From contig CM022678.1 in the NCBI GenBank assembly GCA_012295275.1, forward strand, positions 14,880,001 to 14,944,000: a DNA stretch of 64,000 nt, in the 5' to 3' direction. The stretch's first letter is position 1. Each line of letters starts with the position of its first letter. A program made the translations under genes and the position numbers. This document shows, piece after piece, positions 24,204 to 37,262 of this stretch. The notes under the pieces were generated by a model. That model was not told where the DNA came from. It was given only the letters and a program-made list of their open reading frames with translations, and ran no database searches. The stretch comes from Chrysomallon squamiferum (Eukaryota > Animalia > Mollusca).

Positions 24204-25399
24204 AATAATCGCTTTCCAAATAATCTTGAACAGTTCATTATAATGACTGAGGTAAAACCAAGCATGTCACTAAGACCACTGAACCACATTTAGCCTAGCG
24301 ACGAACTGGGAATTCTACGAGGTGGGAGTAAGCCGACAGGTTACATGGAGATGTTCATAAAGAGGTTCAGAAATAATGATAATAATACAGCCATATGCAT
24401 AGTGTATGAATAAATTCACATGCAAATCATTCCTGTATAAAGATAAAGTATAGGTCTACGAGACGGATGAGTAGTCAGTCGGACACACGTGACAGTAAAG
24501 TGATCTGCCCGAGCCGACACCTCACACGCGATCACGTCATATCCGGAGTGATTAGATACGTGAAGGGATTACGTCCCTGCTAAACCTGTCTGTTAACAAG
24601 TCACATGTTTTGTAGTTGCCCACGCTTTACTAATTGACTTTCAACTTATTTTACGTTTAGCAGGGCAAACAATACGGCTCAAATAATAAGAAAACATAAC
24701 ATATTTTTTATTATTAATTTTTTTTTTTTTTTTTTTTATTAAAAGAAATAAAGTTAGAAAATAAACATCTTTTATATATTTTTTAACAAGTATTTTAAGG
24801 CAAATGTCGGGGAAAATTAAACTGAGAAGACTACATTTTTTTACTTTACATTTTTCTTTACATATTTTTCTTTTATAGTAATTATAATGTAGAGAATGTC
24901 CAAATTGTCTTTCTCCTTTGCCAAATATTCTCTCTTCTCTCTTGAGATCTCTTTCACCGCAGTCACACAAATAACATTTCACCTCCCTGACCAATACTGG
25001 CAGACCATTACTGTCCTAGGTTCCTTAAGAAAGCACCAGTGACAGTGTTTACCATATATTAATGAACCATGTGTCTTGGAGGAATTTCCAAAGTATTTTA
25101 CATGTAAACAAGGAGAAATCTTTAGGTTAAGCTTTGTGCTTTTAGTTCAAATATATAATAAAAAATAGAAACTAATGATACTAAATATTTGACAAAAATA
25201 TAGGTTTTAAATTTGTCAAATATCAGAATATAGAGCAATAATCTCTGGAACAGTAATTGCGTTCAGAACTATTTGTAGGTCATGGACTGTAAGGATAAGA
25301 GGACCATTTTCGCGAACCCTACAGCCCAGTAGGCCCCATGTATGCTCAGTTAGGGACAAGTTAGGGTGCTTTGGTGGCCAGTTCAACATTTGAATGGAA

Positions 25400-25645
25400 T
25401 GACAGCTAGTATAAAGATCTCATCGCAGTAACGTTGAGCAGTTATGTTTCTGTGAATGAAAACGAGATCTGTTTTACCTCAACCATGAATGACGTCCCAG
25501 ACAATGTCGTTGCGACCGCCATATCGGTCCAGCCGAATGACGTTGTCGGCATCATATCGTTCTGCTCGTCACCTCCATACATGACGCCTACCATCCGAAA
25601 ACTGAACACAAAACGTGGATTTGTCTGTGTGTAATGTCTGATCCA
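25400..25645 (-). mobile_element. Tc1/mariner transposase relic (N-terminal half of DDE domain)
   Basis: A frame not shown in the ORF track reads TDKSTFCVQFSDGRRHVWR*RAERYDADNVIRLDRYGGRNDIVWDVIHG*GKTDLVFIHRNITAQRYCDEIFILAVIPF. This matches Tc1 motifs (T/S)DESxF..DGRxxVWR, GGGSVMVWG and GNLTAQRYxDEIL, with in-frame stops. Confidence 0.85.
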
Positions 25646-25890
25646 TGGTGTTCTCTTGATTACATATGCAACTTTCATGTTACCAAGTTTTATCACTTTT
25701 TTTTCTATTGATTTGGAAGTAATAGTCATTTACAAAAACTAGCTAAACTTTTATGGTTAAGCTGTTATACTATGATTCAACTGATACATGAACTTGTGGT
25801 CATGCCTAATGAATAAGAGTTATTGTTCTTAAATAATTTGATGCTGTTTTGTTTTATATTTTTTATTTTATTTTAATTTTTGGGTTTTTT

Positions 25891-25925
<35 letters not shown>

Positions 25926-26094
25926 GTGTGTGTGTGTGAGATTTTTATGTTTTTCCGCAGATAGCCTTATGATTTCGTTCCTTATGGATTGGTTCACTTC
26001 ACATTGCTATTAAACTACAGACACAGAGGTTATCTCAGCACAATGCACAATGTGAAAGGAGACAGGAGACATAGATCGGCAACCTTGGAGAGAG

Positions 26095-26345
26095 GGGGCC
26101 GGACTAAAATTCCTCGCAGGCTAAGGGCTTCCGACCCCTGGCCTGACTGTTCTATTTAAATAATCTATTCAGTCTCACCGACCGTTTTAATTTTTTACCT
26201 TTTTTTTTTCTTCTTCTTATTTTATCCGTTGACTTGGAATAAATTGGAACAGAATATAGTAACAGCCTTTAAAAAAAATATAAAAACTGTATAACTGCTT
26301 AGTTAAATTGGTTGTAGGCCCAAGTAGCCCCTTAAAGTCCGCGCG
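26095..26345. mobile_element. Possible old MITE with GC-rich ends
   Basis: GGGGCCGGACTAAA at the left and TTAAAGTCCGCGC at the right are weakly complementary around an AT-rich core. Single copy in the window. Confidence 0.25.
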
Positions 26346-26760
26346 GATTAAATAAAAATAAATGAAATAAAAGCTGAATTTTGCTGCTGTGAATTTTCAC
26401 TCACATGTATTCCGATTTACTATTATAAAATACTTCATATTTTAATACTACTACTTCTACTCCTTCTAATCTATTAGTTTTACTGCTATTACTATGCTTT
26501 TGTGAATTTAGCTGGTACTACTAATACTACTTCTAAATCTGTTATTATTACTAGTAATTTATAACAGCTGTTACTGTTTTTTCGTTTTCTGCTGCTGTTA
26601 CAACCTCAACTACTACGACTACTTTTGACACAAAATATTACTATTACTAGGTACATTGAGTCCTTCTGATGCTGGACCCGGACGCACCCTATCCTTGCGC
26701 ACCCCCAGAGGAAAGTTTCGCTGATTATGTTCACTATGCAGCCATTGTCACCTCGGCAAG

Positions 26761-26791
<31 letters not shown>

Positions 26792-27541
26792 GTTGTTGTT
26801 GTTGTTGTTGTTGTTGTATTTATATCATGAAAATAATTTTTAATATTAATGCGCAGGTGTCAAAGAATGTCAGCACCTAGAACGATTATTTATAAAATTT
26901 TCAGATGAATACTTTTTAATCCTGATACTAAACAGTAAAACGTAATTTGTTAAAAAGAAAATGACATTTTTTATTTTTTTATTTATTTTTGGTTTTATTA
27001 TTATTATTATTATTATTTAAGTTGTTATTATCATCATCATAATCATCATCATTTATCTTTTTTTCTGTACGATAACTGAATAAAACATTGTAATACTGGT
27101 GTCTACAAGCAGGACAAAGTGACCGGATTAAGAAAACTTCATTTAATTAAAATGAAGAATAATGAAAATTCTACAGTTGTAAAATCAGAGCAAACCAAAC
27201 CAAAACAAAACCCTGATGATTAGATTAAAAGAAAATAATTATAAACAAATATTTTCAACAACAATATGATCAAATACTAATATACAGTTTATAATAACCA
27301 AACAAGATAAATTAATTACATCCATTTAAATATTAGTATCAACTGTCAAAGTTCATTAGTCATTGCTTCTGACACTTGGACACCTGGAATACTAATACTT
27401 TTTATGTTTATTGTTATTTTTATTATTTTTATTTTATTATTTAATTTTTTGGGTGTGTTTGGAGGTCGATGGCGGTAGAAGCGATAGCAGAATTGTCGTT
27501 TACCTATCAGTATATGTCCATGTAGAGTAAATAATTATATG

Positions 27542-28038
27542 CAGCAATACCTCTATTTAACGATGTAATCCGATCGTTAAGTGAGGTATCGTTAAGCGGG
27601 AGACTAATTTACATAGAATTAAGGTTAAAAACAGTGATTTGACACAAAAAAGAGAAATGTTAAATAAGAAGAGCTACAAAGGCAGTTTAGACATAAATGA
27701 TTTAACAGATCGTGGATATTAAACAAACAGTAAGTAATTTACAAGTCAATTTATACAAATAGATTAAGAAATAATTACATGCCGGTCATAGGGGATCATT
27801 TTTCTGTGTTTCGTGTTCATTTATGCGTATTTTGTTTCTAAAGTTACTGTTTTCCGTTTCTTTTTCATATCAGCTTTCGCTTGTGTACTATCTATTCGTT
27901 TTGACATATAATTACAAAAGCGTTAAGTCTAAATGAAAGCAGAAGAGAAGAGAGAATCTGAACACCACGTGCACGAATGCTGTCTGCATGTCAGCTGATC
28001 AACACAGCTGAGGGTGATCGTTAAGCGAGGTGTTGCTG
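27542..28038. mobile_element. Tigger/pogo-like non-autonomous DNA element (MITE)
   Basis: Imperfect TIRs CAGCAATACCTCTATTTAACGAT / ATCGTTAAGCGAGGTGTTGCTG, TA on the right flank, internal ATCGTTAAGCG subrepeats. Confidence 0.6.
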
Positions 28039-29560
28039 TATTTATTTACTGCTAAACCATCAAGAGAAGGAGATGCCATGTTTTAATAAATTGTCAGATG
28101 CATTTAGAAGAACATCTTCTTTTGTGAAATAAGCCTTACTGTAATCGATACTGTAACATATAAGAACAGGTGCGAACACAGTGAGGTGGCGCTTCTAATA
28201 TAATGGCTATTTTCCTGTTTCTGACCCTGATTCTCTGTTTCAGAATGATGGGACATAGGGAAACGTTTCCTGAGCAGTCCTATAGCACGTGCCAGTCAGC
28301 AAGCTGCCAATAGATGCCTTTAAGATCACGGCAAAATCTGGTACAGAGTAAAATAATACACTAAAGTTCTAGTTTAAGATTGAAAAAATACAAAATATTT
28401 AACGTTTGTTTAGGTTTGTAGCTTTGTAGATTGTGCTCCTAAAAAGGTCTGGACTTCTTTCAAGAAACTAGGAGATATGAGACATCTGTGTTGTGAGTTT
28501 ATTAATTTCAACAAAAGAATGTGATTAAAATAACCAAAATATATACTTGGATATTTACCGACTAATCCTCTCGCCTAACCTCGGTTTGAATAAATTTTAC
28601 TCAAGTGAACACTTGTTTGTGGGACATTTTAAATATTAATATGCTACATTTATCACAACATTATGCTAAGTAGATACACAAGAAGGAAAGTGCGCATGCG
28701 CGAATGTCAAAAAGTTAGTAGGAAAAGAAATCTAGAGGCCGCACAAATGTCACCTTCCAGATGTTTTCATGTGACTTTAATTATTTTGTGATTACATCTT
28801 TTTGATTTTATCGCGCCACAATGTTTGGTATTAATTTATTTTATTTATTTTTAAAATTTGTTTCAAACCTCTGATCATTTTAAATAATAGGTAATGTCAA
28901 AACTGAATTTTTCTTGGATTGCTCTTAAATTAATGAGAATTACGTCATCAGTTTGTGTTGACTTTTGAACTCACATCGAGTCGAAAACGCTGGTTCCGTG
29001 TCGTGTTTTGCTAAACATAACTTTTGAAACTAGCCACTTTTAATTTACTTTGGTATTATAAAATAATTTTCCTTTTTACATCACTTAAGAGATCCTAATT
29101 AAAGAAATAACGACTGATTTTTACTAATTAAATAAATATTAGATTTCGCAAATGACGGATTAATATATTTTCTTTGAGATCAATGTTTTCGTTTTCGAAA
29201 GAAAATGAACATAGTTTACAATGTAAATTTCTGACTGTTAAACATTTATTTTTTTCGCAAGTTTTTCATTAATAGTGATTTAATAATATTTATTTTTCTA
29301 ACCGAAATATAACATATTTTACTGGTTTTAACTGGTTGGGCTTTTCAAGTAAGTTTGAAAACAAAAACCAACCAAATAAATAAATAAATAAAAAGACCAA
29401 AGAATTTAGTTAGCTCTTGTCATTTCCGAAAAAAAAAAAAAGGCGTGTATGTTCTTAATTTGTTTTGTTCAAATAGTTTTTGTACTAAATGATAATAATA
29501 ATATTAATTGATAACACTAATTTGTTAAGTTCTGTGTAAGTTTAGTTTTTCAGTTTACAG

Positions 29561-30601
29561 GAGAGAATGGAGAAAGTCAGAGTCCTTAAAAAAAACTCCT
29601 TCTACTCTCAGAGATCCCAATGGCCAAGGTGAAAACAAAACACATCAATTAGATTAATGCTTAATAATGATAATAATTACTGTGATTTTAGTTATATTAC
29701 AGAATGAACAGAATTATGCTTTGTTTGACCTCTTTGAAGAAAGTAAACCTGGTATTTAAAATGATGATGATTCAATATTTTATAATGAAAATACCATTAC
29801 ATATTATATGTATATTTAAAAATAAGATTTATTTTTGTTTTGTTTATTTTTAGTTACAAAGTCTCTCACTGAGAAAGGTTTGGATATGATGTTTTTGTGC
29901 AGCCAGTAACTAGACGTGTGTCACCTGCAGAAAGCCAACAAAACAAATCTGTTGACTTGACTCATACACGTAATTCTGTTACTTATTGTTTTTGTATTTT
30001 TGTATGTGTCATCTGTTGTTATATATTAATTCTCTCTCTCAGTCGTTTTCTCCTTTCTGAATGAAAAACTATATATAAATAAATAATAATATTAATAATA
30101 ATAATGATAAAATTATTGTTGAAATTAATATTTATTCATTCATTTATTAATCCTGACCATTAGAAATATTTCTGAAAATTATCATTACAACACTGTCATT
30201 CGAGGTTATAAATAACAAGAAGTGATACAACAATTAAAATCAATTGTAATAACATAACCCTTAGATGGTTTGCAAAACAACTCTGGGTTGAAAACACTGA
30301 TACCAGACCAGATTTACCAGAGGTTTTCTCATTTTATTTTTGTTTAATTTTGCTTAATAATTATATTGTCTCTGAAAAATAGGAAGCTTGCTTAAAAATG
30401 TGAGACATTTGCAGTCAGCAATGAGCCCAGTTATTGTATGAGAAGCAGGCCTAGGCTATAGTAGTCTCCCTTCCCACGTGGAAATTGGACGTTGTCACTG
30501 TTGAGAAAGATATCTGTTTCACATCTCTCCAACAACTTGATAAGACATTACGTTAATTCTAACAACCTCACCTTCAGTGAGTCTGTTCAAATGACAGACT
30601 G
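29561..30601 (+). pseudogene. Caspase-like gene fragment, copy 1 (exon-like segments 29561-29628, 29703-29751, 29854-29969, 30383-30601)
   Basis: Four AG/GT-bounded segments. The last reads SYCMRSRPR (ends 30455) and, about 90 nt later, ITLI/NNLTFSESVQMTD, resembling the caspase p20 start YxMxSxPRGxALIINNxxF...LxxR. Stops and frameshifts are present and no QACxG is seen. Confidence 0.45.
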
Positions 30602-30645
30602 GTGAGTGATAAAATAGAAAGAAAGTAACTAACTAACCACACAAC

Positions 30646-30718
<73 letters not shown>

Positions 30719-31461
30719 GAAATTAAACAGTATACAGCTAAATTGGTTTGAAATTAATTGATTAATACATTTTTTTTTTTTTAAGTTTTCAGAAAGCAAA
30801 CTAAAGAATTGGAAAAACAAAGTTAAAATTAAAAAATTCTATGCCATCAGATAAAAAAACAAAACAAAAATCAAAGAAAAAGGTATAAAAAGAAAAAAAA
30901 ACCTAAATTAAAATAATACATTATATTTGAAATAATTTTAATTAGCTATTAATAGTATTGTTAATAAATAAATAAGTAAATAAATAAATAAAGATGTGCA
31001 ATGTAAAAAACAATGAGAAAGAAATGATAAATTAAATACTGATTTAAAACAAATTAAAAACTTAATAAACACATTTTTCAAAATGAAGAAATACAGAATA
31101 TTCTATACGATCCTTAAAAATGATGTGCCTAATAAAGGTGTGTTTTCTTTAACAAACAATATTTTAGAAAACAAGAATCTTTTTAATCTTTAAATATATC
31201 CTTATTCTCACTCCTTTTACATCACAAACTTTTTAATGTTTAAATATATCCTAACTCTATCTCCTTTTACATCACCATTATATGCTTATATTTGCTGCTT
31301 CCACCTATTAGTACCTGAAATGGAGATTCAACTGTTTTTGTTTTATGTTGTCTCCCTTAGACTTTATATATTATCTACGTCTTGTACATATTTCATCTTG
31401 TATATCTCTTCACTCTGGTAAATCTGGTGTAAAAATTATGTTTGTAGGACAGTTAGAAGTC

Positions 31462-31496
<35 letters not shown>

Positions 31497-31885
31497 GATC
31501 AACTACGGCTACGTATATCAATGTAAATACACTGAAGTATACTGAATAATTGCATATACTGAACAATATGACAAATTATGAAATAAGCTTTGTCAGAGAC
31601 AATTTCCCTTCAGAATGGGCACTTCAAAATCAAAATTTCTACAAAAGGCACTAAAATATTAAAAATGTTTTTAGTCACTTGCAACATTTTTCACTCATTT
31701 GCTATTTTTTTTAAATCAAAGGAAAACAGAACCCTGGTGTTTAGATTAAAAGAAAGTAATTATAAACAAATATATTCAACAAAAGTATTATCTAATATTA
31801 ATATATAGTTCATTATACAATCAAATCTGAGCAGAAATCAATTACATGAATTTAAATGTTAATGTCATCTGTCAAAGTTCTTTAA

Positions 31886-33815
31886 TCATCTCTTCCTGGC
31901 GGAATCATCCAAGTGTAAAACTGCTACAGTTCCATTTCAGTATCCATTTTATTACTGTCCTGGTCTTCTCTCTTCTTCATCTAGAATAATAAAAGAATAA
32001 AATAACACTGATTTTCAATAAATAAATAAACAAACAAACAAACAAAGAAATAATAAAAAAACAGATGTATCATGACTAAAAGAAGAGTGTAAAAGAAGTC
32101 AAACATATAATATACAATTTAAAATTATATGAAAAGAAAAAAATATATATATTTTTTAATATGAATTATATGAAAAGTATGTAATTTTCCCTTATTATAT
32201 TTGTTGTTATGTTTTTAAAATGTAAACTTACTTTATTCATCAAGTGTACGAATCCAAACATGGAAACTGCAACAACAAGCATCATTATCAGAATGAAAGG
32301 CTCACTAGAGCAGCCTTCTACAATAGAAAACGAATAATTCCATTTTAATTAAAACACAAATCTTTGAAAGAAAAAAGTTCGCATCATGAGTTTCAAACCT
32401 GATATTTATAAAATAAATTTTCTGAGAGTAAGAAAAAGAAATTCATTTAATTTCATTTATTTATTTTTCTTATTTAATTATATAAAAAGGCCAACTAGTT
32501 AAATAGTGTTATATCCTATAAGAGCAGCTTCTACTTATTTTCTCCCTACATTAGTGTGATTTTCTAGTAGTGGTCATAGTCGACTTAACAGTAGAAAGAA
32601 TAGCTAAGCTGAAGAGATTGCAGCAATAGGCGTAGGAAGAAGTAATAGACATAGTAGTAGTTCTAGAAATAGTAAGCCAATAAAAGATATATAAAATTTC
32701 AAAAATGAATAAATAAACAAAGGTACTAATTAGAATTTATTTTACTTATATATATTTTCCGTCCAGATACAATTTTTCCTGAATGTTTCTGTTAGCATTT
32801 TTCAAAATATAAATTTACTTTCTTCACGAAGCGTAGAAATTCAAAAAAATGGAAACTGCAAAAGCCAGCATGTTTGTCAGTTTAAAAAGCTCGTGAGGAG
32901 TTCTTTTACAATAAAAGATGGAATAATTCTATTTTAATTTGAAACAAAATATTTGAAAAAAAATGTTTATACCTGATAGTTAGAAAATAAATGTTTTCTT
33001 AGTTAAAAGAAAAGTTATTCATTTAAGGTAAGCCAGTCTTTTGATTTTATATTCTATTTTCTTTAGGAATTAGTTATTATTATTAAAATCATGGAAAAAC
33101 ATTATAGATATAAAAATAATAATAATGAAATGAAATAATTAATCAATTAATAATGTCACAGCGAAAGAATTAATACCATATAGCTAGGGTAGGGTGGGGG
33201 AACACATCATTCCCTACTCTCTTGGTACCTAAGCAATCTGTTTATTTCACTTAATGGTTAATCCACATATGCACTGAGTATTTGATTATTATTTCTATTA
33301 TATATAATTAGGTTTTCAATGACATATTAACTTCTATTTTAATTTTGAGTTCACCTTAGTACTTTTATCTCTTGATTACGTTATGAAAATTATATAAACA
33401 TGTTCTTTACAACTACTTCTGCTGCATATTACTGATATTATCGCCATTACAACAACTACAAATTTCATATTTTACTGTTCTTTATATTATTATGCTCGCT
33501 AGTACTTAGAAAAATCTAGTTTCAAAAATAAATACACAAATGTGTTAATTAAAATTTATTTAAATTTTTATATATATTTTCTGTCACGATGTAAATAAAA
33601 AATATATAAAGTTTGAAAAGTAAATAAACAAAGTTTAAAAATTATAATATAATAAATACAAATTATTCGATTTTAAATTAAAGGACAAAGAAAAATGTTT
33701 ATGTCATGAGTAGTAAAAGTTATTCATTTAAAGTAAGTCTATCTTGTCATTTTCTATTTTCTTTATTAGTTATTTGCTGTTATAACTATTAACATCGAAG
33801 TAAATACAACTACTA

Positions 33816-33883
<68 letters not shown>

Positions 33884-33970
33884 TATTAATTAATTAATAT
33901 CTATCTTGTCATTTTCTATTTTCTTTATTAGTTATTTGCTATTATAACCATTAACATCGAAGTAAATACA

Positions 33971-34019
<49 letters not shown>

Positions 34020-35702
34020 ATGATGATAATAATAATAATATATTAATTAATTAATTAATGTGACAGTGAAAGAATTAATGGCAGAGAGCTAGGGTATGGT
34101 ACGGGTCTATTGTGATGTAAGCAATCTGTTTATTTACTTAAACAATTGATGTACACATCACTTCATTATTTTTCTGTTGTCAAAACTCTATTATCTGTTT
34201 TACACACACAGAAGTAGCAGTAGGAAACTGTAATAGAAAGAGTAGTAGTGGTAATCATTGTTACTGTAGAAATAGTAAGAATCAAAAAATATGTAAAGTT
34301 TCAAAAATAAATAAATAAATGTATTAATTCGAATTTATTTTGATTTATATGTTTTTATGTCAGGATGTAATTTTCTCTTAATATATCTGCTACTATGTTT
34401 TTAAAATATAAACTTACTTTCTTCGCGACAAAATATATAAAGTTTGAAAATAAAATAAATAAACAAATGTTAAAAATTATAATATAATAAAAACGATTAA
34501 TTCCATTTTATTTATACTATATTACGTTAATACGATTACCTCAAGTATAAAGCTTCATGTATTACTGTTCTTTATATTATTAAGGTCACAAGTACTTAGA
34601 AAAATCCATCTGCCCAATGAAAGGAAAGTAATATTCAATAGATCAGATAATAAAATCATCTAAAAAGGCAAACTAGTTAAATATTGTTATATCATGTTAT
34701 ATCTTATTACCACTTATTGTCTCCCTTATATTGGTCAGTGTCATTTTTTAGTAGTAGTCATAGCGGACTTAGCAATGGAAATGGTAGTAAAGTATAGTTC
34801 AAGTGGTGGTAGTAGTAATGTAGGAAATAGTAGTAGTAGTAACAATAGGAAGCAGTAATAGAAACAGTACTAGTAATAGCAGTTGTTGCTGTTGTAGAAA
34901 TGGTAAGGCAACAAAAAATATACAAAGTCTGAAAATAAATAAATAAAGGTAAAAAATATTTATTATAATAAAAACGAATAATTCCAAGAAATATAAAATA
35001 TTTGAAAGAAAAATGTTCGTATCATGAATAATAAAAGTTATTCCTTTAAAGTCATTTTTTAATTTTATTTTTAATATTTATTATTATTATTATTATTATT
35101 ATTTAACAGTTTTACTTTTGGTTATTATCACTTTCGGAATCTCGCCATTTACATATATATAAAGAAGATATAATGATAGCGAGAGTCCCTAACAGCCGTA
35201 AGCAATGTTCCAACCAGTGCAACCAGTTCCAACCATGAGAGGTATAAACGGGATAAATATCAAATGCTGTCCATATGCGACGGATACGCCCGCTGACCTG
35301 TCAGAAAGCGCGCCCGTCGCAGCCGTGCTTCACAACAGCTTGCTCTGATTAGCACGTTCATTTTTTTCCATTCCATTCCAATGCTGTCCACTTTCGTACC
35401 GTACGTCCGATTTGCCCCCGCCCCTAAACACATGCGTATGAACAATGAATGCCTTCTAACAAAGGAGGTGTTAACTCTTGCTGAACAACTGAACTAAACA
35501 GCGCTTGTGGGTGGGACAATACGGCGGCCGATAATAAAACATTATCGGTTTACGGAAATAGCGCGCTTTGATTGGTTGAAGTTTGTAAGTGATTTGACAC
35601 CTGCGGAAACATGATAATTTTGTTCATTTAGCTGGTACTACTAATACTACTTCAACATCAATGATGTGTAATCCAAGATGGTTTATTTTTATTATAAGGA
35701 TA

Positions 35703-35774
<72 letters not shown>

Positions 35775-35796
35775 AATAAATAAATAAATAAATTAA

Positions 35797-35848
<52 letters not shown>

Positions 35849-35935
35849 AAATAAATACATAAATAAATAATAATAAATAAATAATAATAAATAAATAAAT
35901 AAATAATAATAAATAAATAAATAAATAAATAATAA

Positions 35936-35986
<51 letters not shown>

Positions 35987-37122
35987 TAATTCAATATAAT
36001 GTTTACACTTTTATTTCTCATACTTAATTATATATTTAACCATTTTCCTGTCTCCATATTCAGATGGTGCTTTATTCCTCTGTTATATAATTCGAAATCA
36101 TTATAAAATTAGCTTTCGAAATGTTTTATTATTATTGTTATATAACAATGTTAAAGCAATAACGAAAATTAAAAACTAAATAAAATGTGAAAATTGTCGA
36201 GAATTATAAAAATAAAAATAATATAATAAAATAAACATAACAATAATAAAATGTGAACCTTTCTTGGGTTGACTTAAATCGATTTTTATTTCTTAATGTT
36301 TTTTACCTGTGACGTAATTTATGCCATTACGAGTTATCGTTCTTGTTGGTTTAAAAAATAAATAAACAAATGTAATAATTCGAATTTATTTTGATTTATA
36401 TATTTTTATGTCAGGATGTAATTTTCTCTTAATATATCTGCTACTATGTTTTTAAAATGTAAACTTACTTTCTTCGCGAAGTGCAACAATTCCAGAAATG
36501 GAAACTGCAACAACGAGCATCTTTATCAATATGAAAAGCCAACGAGGACAGCTTTCTATAATACAAAATGAATAATTCTAATATTTGAAAGAAAAATGTT
36601 TGTACCATGAGTTTCACACTTGATAATTATAAATTAAATGTTCTGAGAGTTAAAAGAAAAGTACGTCATTATTTCAATTTTCCATGTTATTTTTGTTATT
36701 AATTGGTTATTATTATTAAAATCGAAGGACAAATGTATAATAATAATAATGACAAAATAACTAAATGAATGTATTAATTAATAATGATACAGTGGAAGAA
36801 TTAATAGCAGATAGCTAGCGGACTTAGCAATGGAAATGGTAGTAGAGTATAGTTCAAGTGGTGGTAGAAGTAATGTAGGAAATAGTAGTAGTAGCAATAG
36901 GAAGCAGTAATAGAAACAGTACTAGTAATAGCAGTTGTTGCTGTTGTAGAAATGGTAAGGCAACAAAAAATATACAAAGTTTGAAAATAAATAAATAAAG
37001 GTAAAAAATATTTATTGTACTCAAAACGAATAATTCCAAGGACAAATATTTGAAAGAAAAATGTTCGTATCATGAGTAATAAAAGTTATTCCTTTAAAGT
37101 CATTTTTTAATTTTATTTTTAA

Positions 37123-37172
<50 letters not shown>

Positions 37173-37262
37173 TTACAGTTTCACTTTTTGTTATTATCAC
37201 TTTTGAAATCTGCGGAAAACTATACCTGCATATTGTGGTAGTATCGAAAATTGCGAAGACAT
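31886..37262 (-). CDS. Microprotein locus D (37262-37226, TM exon 36555-36469, terminal exon 31923-31886), 53 aa: MSSQFSILPQYAESCPRWLFILIKMLVVAVSISGIVALREETVLHLDDSARKR*
   Basis: GT-AG junctions intact and exons homologous to loci A, B and C. Two further diverged TM-exon copies lie inside (about 32906-32819 and 32317-32232), plus a donor-side stub at about 34412-34428. Confidence 0.5.
32232..32317 (-). pseudogene. Diverged TM exon copy, 86 nt (1-nt deletion), GCSSEPFILIMMLVVAVSMFGFVHLMNK
   Basis: attgtag| and |gtaagt are intact. One base shorter than the 87-nt paralogues, which shifts the phase of the downstream exon. Confidence 0.5.
32819..32906 (-). pseudogene. Degenerate TM exon copy
   Basis: Clear similarity (TTGCAGTTTCCATT...CTTCGTGAAGAAA), but the acceptor is mutated (tgtag>tgtaa), the donor is gtaaat and there is an extra T. 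Confidence 0.5.
35700..35990. repeat. Compound (AAT)n/(AAAT)n microsatellite
   Basis: Seen directly. Many shorter AAT, AAAT and ACT tracts occur throughout the window. Confidence 0.97.

Larger units (their letters stand above)
16131..24830 (+). repeat. Segmental duplication block 1; direct copy at about 44498-53221 (offset about 28.4 kb); third partial copy of about 17500-19320 at about 52705-54258
   Basis: Long near-identical stretches (e.g. 19420-23090 versus 47787-51450) and paired ORFs in the track. The copies differ by microsatellite lengths and several indels. Confidence 0.95.
28205..32340 (+). repeat. Segmental duplication block 2; direct copy at about 39592-43610
   Basis: Collinear homology covering the caspase-like relic and the microprotein 3' exons. 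More diverged than block 1. Confidence 0.95.

Noticed and set aside
25442-25729. 95-aa minus-strand ORF and apparent AG/GT exon
   Set aside because: Off-frame reading of the Tc1 transposase relic.
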